From Macrostomum lignano (Eukaryota), in assembly GCA_002269645.1 (NCBI GenBank), contig NIVC01002815.1, positions 25,673-89,672 on the forward strand: DNA of 64,000 nt, in the 5' to 3' direction. A program made the translations under genes and the position numbers. The notes beneath the pieces are model-generated. The model was not told where the DNA came from. It made no database searches and worked only from the letters and a program-made list of their open reading frames with translations. Below are positions 1 to 12,000 of this stretch, one piece after another (within the stretch, counting starts at the first letter, position 1; every line of letters starts with the position of its first letter).

Positions 1-1
1 T

Positions 2-3000
2 GCCGTTGATGGCGATAACGATGATGATAGTGTTACTCTGGGCGTCAAGGCAACGGCCCATCATGCGCCAGCTTTCAATCGGGTGCACAGGCGAGATTTG
101 GCCGAGTTTTTGGTCGATATGCGACCGGATAAAGGTAAGTATAAAATGTACACGCTTTCATATTTTAGCCTACCTCCTATTTTATCTGCATAGCTGTTGG
201 GACCAACATTTATACTTTAAGGGTCAAATGAATGATTCAACTTATGTCTCCGGGCCAGTGTTGTCAAACTGAATAAGAAGCGCATTAAGTTGTTTTTCTT
301 CTGTGTATTTGGTACTGCATAGAGGGTAGAATAGAGAACACAAGATAATAGGAAAAGGGGAGAGGATTCAGAGGAGAGGATCATGATTGTTAACCATATA
401 CAAGAAATGCTTAAAATAAATGTATTGACTTTTAGTCCATCAATATCTCAGCTTGCATGCCCGTCAACTTTGATTTCAAGGTCATGCACAAAAGTGCTGC
501 TATGTATCCTCTTTAATTTGCAAGTAAATAAGCACCACTTCTTGTTTGAGACACCCATCTTTTATGCGTATGGTTTCAAAATCAATACTGCATCGACTTC
601 AGCGTGCCTGAGCCTCACTGAGTGCTTGCTTATGAGTGCGTGTGCATGCTCAGAGCATGACGGCTTGGCCCCTCGCTGACTGCGGATCGACTGTCGCCTT
701 GATTTGCGCCGGTGCCCGCCTTGTGAACTGGCTAACCAACTTAACTAAAATGCATGCTTTATTGCAGATCTTTGGCGTGTCGATCCGGAAGATCTGTTGC
801 CAAGGCGACTGCAACAGCAACGCGTAATTAGCCCAGCTTTAGCTGCCGCAGTCCAGCAGCAGCCTATTGATCCAATGCAGGTCGAGTGCAGTGTGTGCTT
901 AAAACGCGGCCATCTAAGCGAGCAGTGCTCCCGTGCCGGTCCAGTTTGTATCCTATGCGGCTGCGAGGGTCATGCAAAAACCAGCTGTCCGGCCAGACTG
1001 TGTCCACTCTGCTTGACCTCCGGACACGGCGTAGAAGCCTGTCATCGGTTCGGCCTGCTAACTCGGACAGCGTGCAATCGATGTGGCGCTCTCGGACATT
1101 GGAAAGATGTGAGTTACAGAGGGTTGAGTACAGCAGAACTGTTCCCTATGCCGTAATTCATTAATTCATCCCAGAATATTCACGAGATGGCAGCGTGATT
1201 CTATGGCTATGCTGGTGTCTGATCATCTGGGACACGCGGGTCTGATTCCCCCCCCCCGTTGACGATCAACAGAGAAATATTTTTGTATGAACTACATGCA
1301 GCTAATGTAGCTCCATCTAGTTAATTGCAACAAATTTAAAGCTTGCGCATTCTACCATACTACTGGACTGCAAGTAAAGAAACTGCTACACTCTATGCCA
1401 AGCAAATGTGCCTGAGTGGCCAATCTATTCAATAGTTACTATAAGTTTAGTAAGGCTTTATAACAGTATAGATTTCTTATTAGTTTTACTTATATCATGT
1501 GCTCCCCCTTTCAATCATTGCAGCAATGCCCCGACATCTGGCGACAGTATCATTCAACTGTAAGTCTTGATGCTTCTTTCGTATTATTTTTCGTGCAATT
1601 ATAGTGAAATTCTTGAGGCGCTACTTGCATATTAGCATTAGTAGTGTAATATGCATGTTGTTATTAGCACTGCAGCAAGACAATTATTAAATTATTTAAT
1701 ATTAGTAAGGCTTATCATTTAGATAAGTCACTTCTGGCTTGTAAGATACAATTGTCGGAATAATTTCGGGCGGTCTTTGTTTAATCCTCTACCTTTCACT
1801 AGACTTTTACTGTTTATTTTTGAAAAAGCTCCCTGAGCTGCTTAGAGTTTCTAACACATTTTCATACTTTTAATGGGAAGAATTACTAGATTTTTTGATA
1901 AACTTAAATAATAATAAAAATAATAGAAATAAGATAAATGCAATATTAACCCACCTAAGTCTCATTAGTACCCAGGGTATGTCCATCTCTTAAAATTTTT
2001 TGGAAAATTTGTCACGTTGCTGGGATAGGATCTGTTTTGATTGGGACGTACGTGTGGCTTAATTGGACAGGCCGCTTTACGGAGAGTATAGTACTCGTAG
2101 AGTTTTATGTTCCCAGATGGAAGTATAAGAACGTGTGAAAACTGCCAAGTTTTAGCTCGGCTTATTCCTTCATCGAGTTGGAAAGTTTTTTTCGAAGTTA
2201 GACAGTCAGTCACGTTCGACGACTAATATTGTAACAGTTTAGATTTCGCTTATCCATTTGTTTTAATAAACTGAAACTAATGGGATTGATACTTAATGCG
2301 AAGCTTTTCGTTGTATACAGATGCTATAGCATAGTGTCATTGAGGCACATATACCATTGCCGTGTCTAATTTCTAAACTAATTTAAATGTCCTTTTCATG
2401 GCTTTGAAAATATCCCTTTTCAGAAACTCGGGAGTTAAAAAGTTGGGATAAAACGGAATAGGGATGTTGGAAAGAAGAAGCAGCTGTCCCCCTGGCACTA
2501 GCTGCCCCCTGCTATTTGAAACTATTGCTTAACTGCAATGGGGAGGTTAAGGCAGGTCAAGGGGTCATATATTAGATGTTAGCCAAAGTAGAATCTTACA
2601 CTATTTTATTTTTGTGATGCCAATTAGCTTATCGAATTTGGCCATTCGGCATCGAGGTTTTTTACGCCCATGCCTAGAATGCCAAACGACTTCACAAAGT
2701 CGAAAAAGTTCAAGTGATGAGCTTGTGAAAGTGACTGGCAAGACGTTTTTTACGATGTAAAGTTTCGACTTTATAAACGATTATAACTTTCCACAATGTA
2801 AAATTTCGAGTTTGATGAAACAGCTCAAGACATTTATGAGAAGTAGCTCAAGACATTTACTGCTATGTGCCTATACTATGTTCAGCGACACTTGTAAGTT
2901 TAACGTAGCGTAAAAATCTGAGTATCGAAGTAGCTAAATCGAATTCAGCGTCAGAAACAGTGGGCTGCAAAAGTAGTCAGATAGCGCCATATTATGCTTG

Positions 3001-6000
3001 ATTGCGCACTTGAACCATATTGAGCACTCTTTTTTGCCTTGACATCTTTCACTTCGACAGTTGCTAATTTAACTATCGTCGTCTTACTGTTGGCTGTGCA
3101 GGTAAAGAACCTAGTACTAATTAGCTTAGAGTACATGATAATACAATTACGCAAATGCATTTTTTGTGCTTCACCTCATCTGCTGCTTGCTATTATTAGA
3201 TTGACTATGCAGAATCGCATATTCGCTCATTTTTACTAGGTGTTGCCAGGATGTCCGCCAGTGCAGTCCCAGCAACATCAACAGACATCGAATCCGACAG
3301 TCGGCAATGAATCCGATGGCAATGAAAAACGGCAAGGAGAATCCACAATGGATTTGTTGAACGACTGCGACAGTACTTGCTTTGATAGCATTGTGGGACA
3401 AGTCAGTCCGTTTGCCTACTGCTGCAACTGTGCCAGACGGGGTCACTCGGTACATGTGAGTGCACGATTCTTGCTTGTGGTTCACTTGTTCTGCATTAAA
3501 ATCCAATATTTCAAAATCCTTGTCTAGGTATACACTATACAGACATGCTGGAATTGCATTGTATATAATTTTACCCTGTGTGAATCGAGCTTTCCAACAT
3601 CAACATAAGGTGCATTTTAATATTTCTTAGTGAATTTTCGTTCCATATCAGGAAGGCCGCCAACCATCCCATCCAATTTGTCTAAGTGCTCTTTAAAATT
3701 TTGAATTTCAGGCGAGCTGGCGCAATTGTCAGATTTGGCTTTTGTGTTCCTCTTGTGCGAATAGCCGGGTATTCATTAATATTTTAAAGCTCCTGCTTCC
3801 TTTCATCTTTCATTCTCCCTAACTGACTGTCAGTCACTTCAATCGATTGATTTTTTATCTTCAAGATTAAGCAAACTGGGTCGCAAAATTTGGGTTTTTA
3901 AAAAGCAGTAGTTAGACATATGCCTTTGTTGTCGTCAAAATGCATAGTTATAAATACATATTCGCAGGAGGGCTGTGGTTTCAAGCACGAAGTTTTGGAA
4001 GTGATGCTATCGATTTTTTGAGAATTCCTTTCATGATGCAGCCTTGACAATGAGGCAAGTAGGCCAATGCCCACTGTCTTTTCTCTGGTCTTCGCATCAC
4101 ATATTTCGCTCGTAGTTGATTGGTTTCGAGCAAATGTCTAGAAGATAGATCTATTCGCTCAGAATCCTGAAAACGCTTAGTCTATGGTTTTAACCAGGCG
4201 AAAAGAAACGCTTATAGCCTCCTGTCGAAAGTAACAGGGCGTTGACTAAGGACTGCCTATGATATGATAGATATGTTATTCAGATAGATAGAGAAAATGG
4301 TTCAACAGATGACAGACACGGAAAGATTGCGAGCAGTTGAAATGTTAAAAGTAGGTTGTACTCTTCGAACAGTTGCGAACCACTTCGGGAAGTCACCTTC
4401 AATAGTTTTACGTCTGCTGCAAAATAAAGCAGAGGTCACTGGAAGCGTGGCTCAATTAAGAAAAGTTACGGTGCTTCACCAACTTTTCAGTACAACAGCG
4501 AGGGCAAATCGACGCCTGATGAGAATAGTGCGTGGAAACCCCACACTGCCTGCCACGCTTCTGTGATTGATATGGCAGAGAGAAGCCAGAGAAGCTACAG
4601 GATTGAGGTCAAGAAAAATGCGGAGAGGAGGCCGCGTCTGAGCGCTGCACATGTCGTTAATAGGGAACTGCGGGTCATGCAGCGGGCGCACTGTCGGCAA
4701 GGACAGTGGCAGCGCATTATCATTACAGATGAGCGTCAGTTTTGTCTTTCTTGCAGTGGTGGTCGAATGCTCGAATTCGCGTCTAGCGTGAGCCACGGCA
4801 AGAGATTCTGCAGCAGCACGTGCAAAGCTGCGATCGGCAGGGACCCTGCGTACACAGGTGGGCAGAATTTCAATACGAGACAAGACCCAGTTGGTTTTCT
4901 TAGACGCAAACGGGAATAGCGATGAGTACGCTCGTTTGCTGCAGATGCATCTGCTCCCTTTTGTTAACAACCACTTCGGTAGCGTCGCAAACGGCATACT
5001 GCAGCTGTCAGCGAACTCAAGGACTAGCTGCACCTGCGTACTCTAGTGGCCTTCAGATCCCCTGATATGAACTCAAGTGAACATGGGACTTTATCAAGCG
5101 GAGTGTATGGCGGAATCCGCCACAGACAGTCGCTGACCTGCGAAGCACTATTGCTATCGCATGGCAACAAATTCCCCAGGATTTTTTCCGACGCCTTGTT
5201 CTGGGAATGCCACGTCGAGTCAACGCCCGTTACTTGTGAGAGGAGGCTACTCATGTTTCTCAAGCTCGATATGAACCATAGACTATGCGCTTTGACTCTT
5301 CTGAGTTAGTTGATTGTTCTTCTAGTTAGAACAGTTGCATTTTAAATGCTGCCCAGTGTATATATATGCATATAGTCTATGGCCAGAGCGGGATTTATTT
5401 TTGTACGCCCTGAAATAGGCGTCCTAAAGTCAGCTGTTTTGCTTGGCAAACAAAAGTGAAACTGCTTATCTGGCAGTCTCACATGCATGAGTACAGTAAA
5501 TCCTTGGGTTATAGATAGATACATTAGAAATATGTAGCAGTAGGAAAGTATTGTATGTGTGCGTGCGTGTGTTAGGAGAAATAGCGTCAAGAGGCGGTAG
5601 ATAGAAAAAACAGGAAACGCAATCAAAGAGATGGTTGGGCTGCTTGTTCGAGAGGGCGAGAGATGGCGGCGCAAAAATGAGACGTCGATTTAGCCACTAG
5701 CACACTACTCATACACTTATACATGTATGCTATTTGCGTCTTCCCATGGGAGTGTTTAGACCGCCCGAGGGCTGCCTCTCCTCGCTATACAGTCATCCCA
5801 ATTCCCAGCCTTTTGATTGGATTCAGATGAATACAAGACCTCAGAGACTGCTGTGCGTTGGGGACTCACAGATAGGACTGTTTAGATCTGATCTGTAATA
5901 ATTCATTACAAATCTGAAACATAGAGTAACCGAATCCAGCATGGAAACAGTAAATTCTACGTACATATTTAAAACCGTTTTTATTCATAGCTTAGTAGCT

Positions 6001-9000
6001 TATTTTTTAGGCATAATATTTTCAATTTTAGTTAGACAACATGCAAATCAACCTATATAAGTCTTGGCTGTCGATCCAAGCAGCCACTATTTAGACAGTT
6101 CCCCGTTTCACTCTCGATTGTTTATGGCTAAAAGTAAGGAACTGAGGAAAAACCTTAAAGGCATCAAGGCTCACGAGGGAATTTCTGAGATGTCAAGGCT
6201 CATGGGGAATCGCTCAGATTTCAAAGCTCATTGGAGAATTTCTGAGATATCAAGGCTCATAGTTTGATTGCTGAAATGCAGTCTCAATTATGGATTTCAC
6301 CTTATGAGCTTAAGTTTACATAATAGTCCCTAATTGTCCCCTTGCTTGTTTCTCCTATCCCAGGTCCAACTTTTGTAGTTTTTTTTGCTAAATCCAGCTT
6401 CCTGGTGTCGCTGTGAGCAGAATGAAATATCATTTGTGCGCATAGGTTACTCGGGCTCCATTTTATGAGCTTAAGTTGACAGGCCCTTTCCCACGTTGTG
6501 TACGTACACAAATTTTCTCGTTAAAAATCGAAAAATGAATTGGCGTAGATATTTAACAATGATTTTTCTCAATGCTTTAAATAGGGTTCAAACTGGTTGA
6601 AACTCTTGACTGCCTTAACAGGACAAACTACCAATGTGGATTGTCCCCCCTCCCCTCGAGCGGAAAATGGCTTGGTATTCCTACTGTTAATAACTATCCC
6701 GGATAAAAATGAAAGCTTACATGCTTATACGTTTAGTTTAAGCCTCCAAAGCGAGGCTGGTGCTGCTTCTGCTTCTACTTGTGACTTTTTACCAGGCCGG
6801 CGCCTAAAAACTTAAGCGAAATTGACAGGCTGCTTCTCCATCTCTCTCTCTCTCTTTCTCTCTCCCCAGTTCTGTAGTTTAGTCTTGCACTTTCCGTGTA
6901 TCTCAGACGATTTTACGGTAGGCTTTTTTCCTATAGATAAAGAGTCTAAGCGAGTAACAGTAAGCGATGTGATGCACGGCTTTGCGATACATGCATTCAC
7001 GCTTGTGCTTTCTATTATGCAGCCTTGTCTTCGTACACGGTTCTTGCCTATAAATAAGTAGCCTATAGAAAATTCCCGTGTGCTAAATTCATTTCTGCTT
7101 ATAGTTGTAGACCCCTGATAACTAAATTACTTGCTATTTACTTCTCATAGAAGCAAGAACTGTAGGGATCTTAATTACTGTATATTAGGCACTGTTTTAA
7201 AGTACGCTTTTATTTAAAATGATGTAGGGAACTTGATATCAAAGTATGTAAATAATTACATCCATTGTACTTAAATTTTCTAAAACTTTACATAAACAAT
7301 GCAGAGCAGTGCAGCTCAGTGGTAAACGCGTGTCGTGCGACTCACACTCCTCCAAGGCACAAAGAGTGTACATGTCTAAAAATTAGAAAGTCAAGGCACC
7401 TGTATACCCTGTGTAAGCGTGTGTACGAGTGCGCATCTGCGTGCAGTATCGGCACGCTTTTACTCGTATGTGCTCAAGAGTCGGCAGAATAAACAGAATT
7501 GTCTAACCGCTGGTAGCGGGATGATGTCTCCAAAGACTTCCACAGCCTTCTTGCGAATGTTGATGTATTGTGAATTCTATGCTAAAAGTCATAAATAGTT
7601 CGACTTAAGGGATAATAACACATTTAGCAATTGGGTAGAAGATAAATCTGTCTGTCAGTTTGAACAAGTTTAAAAAACTGCTATGGTAATTGATCCCAAC
7701 CTGTCTGCTCCATCCGACAGCAAGCGTTTTAATTAATTTGCTTTCCTACTTTTCCTTAGCGCTGGGAAGATAATCTCAGGGATCTGCAGCGGCGACTTAG
7801 CTGCCAGCTGCCCAACAAATCCCTGCATCCGAGCTGTTGTACACGGGTGGGATTTGGGATTTGGCCAGCTAAGTTCCACCAGGGGATCAGAAATTGGCTG
7901 GTATATCCCCTTTGAGATGAGAGGATATTCCCTATTTTTCCCTGTCTGCGCTGGGGATTTAAGTGTAGGGATAATGAGGCAAAAGGTGCCCTGGCTGCCG
8001 CGAAGGAAATGGAAAATGAAGAAATGAGAGAGAGCTCCAATTTCCTGTCGCTTCTTCTTCTTCAATTCCCCAGCTCTCACTTCTCTGCTCAGTCCCAGAA
8101 AGCTTCGCGCATGGTGTTCAGGGCGGCTGAAGCAGTCTACATGCGGTGAGATTTTAGTCAAGAGCTGCAAAGCATATGCAGGAAAGCGAAGAGAGAAAGG
8201 TGTTCTTAGCAACTTGCCAGTACTGGCCGTCTCTAATTTCATGTTCAAACGCGAGAATTAGAATCCTTAGCGAGGATGTTTTTTACCCTGGAGCTAGTTT
8301 AGCACATTTAATTAAAAGCGAGATAATTTTTTAAATAGCAGCACTTGAACCAATTAGAGTGCTAATTACCGATCCGCCTTTTGAAGCCCATATTTTCATT
8401 CAGCCCATAAACATTTGAACTTGCAACTTAATTTTCTAATTTTCTGACTGTTTCAGACAATTCAAATTTACTTCTCAAATGGTTGCACATAATTTCGATT
8501 CTTATACAGCAGTGCGGGATTCCCTTAGTTAAGTGGGATGGTATCTTTGATACGAAATCGATGGGATTCTTATCAGTCGCAGCGTACTTGGGTACTTTAA
8601 AATCCTAAATCAGTCGCGAGATTTTCAAGGCCACAACAATTAACATTCCAGTGCTTGCAGTCAATTTTCCGCACCTGATTCCATTGACTCGTGAAAACCA
8701 GTTTGTAGCTCTTATTATCGTCGCGCAGCTCATTTGCGCGTGCAGTTAATGGACTAACAAAAAATTGCTGCTTTACTGATAAAGCCACTAAATCGTAAAT
8801 CGCTTTTTAGTCGTTATTTAAGCCTCGCTTGAACGAATCCTTTGAGTTTGGTTGCGGATAATGCTGCGTTGATCTCAGTTTTGTTAACAAAGAGGCAGAA
8901 TTCATCGCCATGGCTTAACCGCTAGTTTGTGGAGTTTTACGACCCCGCCTAACGCCCCTCGGATGCGGCAGCGAATATCAGTTCTTAGGCGGGGGCTTCA

Positions 9001-12000
9001 TCCGATAAAACAACGGACAAGGGGATATTTTTAACTGTCAGGGGAGTAATAATTTTTAGCAATAAATTTGCTTCGTAGCTAGATTACAAAACAGATAAGG
9101 ACGTGCTTCCAAATGCATTCGACTGGAAGTATGCAAAATTAAGCATTTCTTAAAAAACAAAGCTGAAAGATACTGTTAAACATCTCAACGTTCTTGGGTG
9201 CTGTAAACAGGTAAGTTGCGGTCTAAAATTAAGTACAGTTTAAGTCAGAGTACTGAGAGCGCCAGATAAAGTGCCAGTTAGGCCAAAAGCCGATTTTTGT
9301 ACATTGCATCAGTCAGGGACTTTCTCTGACAAAGCTTTCTGGTGCATTTACAAAGACAAAGTTTTGACCGCAACCGGCCTCGAAGTGAGAAAACGGCTTT
9401 AAACTTCGGCCTGATTGGCACTTTATAAATCGAGTCTTGTTACTCAAGGTTGTCTTAGCCTATGCTGTGGCTTGCTCGCACAGTCTCGATGCCTAGCGGT
9501 TTGCTCATATTTGTTTCATAGCTAAGCATTCTGAACGGAAGGATACTAGCCGTTATCAGCCCATCTCCTTAAAACTGAATTCCCAAGAGTTGAGGAGCCG
9601 CTGGTCCTCCGGCATGCTTCTCAACTGAATTTGTGCGATAAAACCGACACGAGGTCTCGGAAAATGTGGGGATAAAAAGAAATTCAACCGCCGTCTTTTT
9701 CTATTGGAAGCGCATTTTACTGCCTTACTGTTTACACATCTAGCATATACCCTTTTTATCCATGCGACTCGCTTCTGCGCATGACTGAATGATAAAAAGT
9801 TCACAAATCGGATTCTGTCCTTGGGAAATCTAAGCACCGACCTTGACTATGCTCTCCGGAAATCAAATTTTATAGCTTTCATCAAAGTTCCTGGGGTCAT
9901 TTTTCCTGCTACTTTAACAATTACTTGGCATAGCCGTGGTTTTTTCTACGAACTCGTACTTCTAATGGTACGGCAAAAATAATGAACTGAGTGATTATGG
10001 TTGTTAGATGTAATAATTTGATATAGACTTTTATCTATGGCTTGACCGCCACTAGCATTACAGTACAACTTGAATGAGCGGTGCCTCGTTCTAAGGCCAC
10101 AATCAATAAAAGTGATATTGAGAGCTGCTCAACTGGAGCACTTAAGAAATTACCGAGTTAGCTAAAGGCTACATCAAAATTGGTGTTATAGTGTCTGTGC
10201 ATCCAGAACCAACACTGGTGACGAGGATGGCGACGATTCCAATCGAACCCCCGGAGACAGACGTGCCTGCCGAGGTCAGCAGATGGCTACAGCGATTCGA
10301 GGCTATAGCCAAAGTCAACAAGTGGAACGACGACGTGCTGAAGTATGCGTTCATAGCACAACTGGGAAAGAAGGCGTTCAACCTTCTGGCTGACGCTTCA
10401 CTGCCAGCAAAGCCAGAGGAAAAGACCTTCGATCAGCTGAAGACGCTACTAACAAACGAAACGAAAGCATCGAAGTCGGGACTGGCCTATAGATACGCTT
10501 TCCACCACATGAAGCAGGAAAGCGGAGAAGACACGTCGGCCTATGCTAGGAGACTTCGACAAGCCGCGGACAACTGTGAATTCACGGACCTAAACGACAG
10601 GTTGCGCGACCAGTTTGTGTTTGGCTTGTTGAACAAAGACATCGTGAGGAAACTGCTAAGTGAAAAACTCGCAGATCTCACCTGGGAGAGGGTGACGTCC
10701 GTGGCAAGCGCATGCGAAGCCGTAGCGCGTGGTGAAAAACAGATGAGCAGCAGCGAAATTTTATCGGTCAAGAGGGCGGATCGACCGCGTTTGCGGATCG
10801 ACAGAACGATCGCAAAGCGTGGCAGCCAACCGGGTACGGCAAGTGGAATCAACAAAGCCATCGCGACCAAACAAAATGTTTCTGCTGTGGCAAGGATGGA
10901 CACCGCAAGGACGTCTGCCAGCACCGTTCAAAGACCTGCCTGAATTGCGGAAAGACTGGCCATCTGAAAGCTGTGTGTAAGTCTAATACATCAAGACCTG
11001 CTCAAGGGTCAAGACAGACTGTCAAGGTGAGAGCGATCGAACCGCAGAAAGATTCTTCAGGACCTGTAGGAGCACAGGACAGCATCTTCTCCGTAAATGG
11101 CAGCTGTGAGGAGCCCAGCAGGCGCAGGATAACAAGGCTTCAGCTGGTCAATGGGGCCAATCTTCATATGATTATGGACACGGGATCCGTCTCATCATTT
11201 GTACCTCTAAAGGTGTATCAAGGCCTTCCGTTAAAATCCAATTTAAGACCGACGGCCCGACGATTTACAGCATACCAAGGAGATCCGGTGCGTGTTTTAG
11301 GAGAAGTTACTGTCAGAGTAGAGCGTGGCGGCGCAGTAGCAAACCTGCCATTGTTTGTCGTAGACCACAGAGATGTGGAGCCCATATATGGTTTGGACTG
11401 GATTGCAGAGCTGGAGCCGGAGCTTTATGTCGCCATAACCCAAGGTGGTAATGCTGACGCCACAGAAGAAAGGCAATCAAGTCGCATGTCTCCAGTCGAC
11501 ACCGTGAAGGCGTCACTATCGATCAGGCCAGGCGCAAAACCTGTTTTCTGCAAGCCAAGACCGATTCCATATGGTATTCAAGAAGACGTAAAGAACGAGC
11601 TACGAAGAATGGAATCTGAAGGACAGTTGGAGAAAGTGCAATCGAGCGAATGGGCCACGCCTATAGTGTGTGTCAGAAAGCAATCTGGAAGTATCAGGAT
11701 TTGTGGCGACTATAAGATAACACTGAACCCAGTCTTGAAAGACATGGTATCGACAACGCCATCGATAGATGAAGTGATGTCCAGATTGGGTCGAGCCCGG
11801 AAATTCTCCACGCTAGATCTCACAAATGCATACTTGCAGGTACCAGTCGACGCCGAGACAAGTCAGATACAAACTTGGAGCACTCCCTTTGGCCTGTTTC
11901 GTCCAACCGCATGGGCTTTTGGAGTAAAACAAGCACCCGCTATCTTCCAGTCACATATGGATAAACTCCTGCTAAACCTCGACGGCGTGATATCCTACCA

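Noticed and set aside
1965-2230. Additional HINE-like element
   Set aside because: It has a suggestive CCAAGTTT core and CAGT microrepeat end, but no matching 5' palindrome was found. The evidence is too weak to list.
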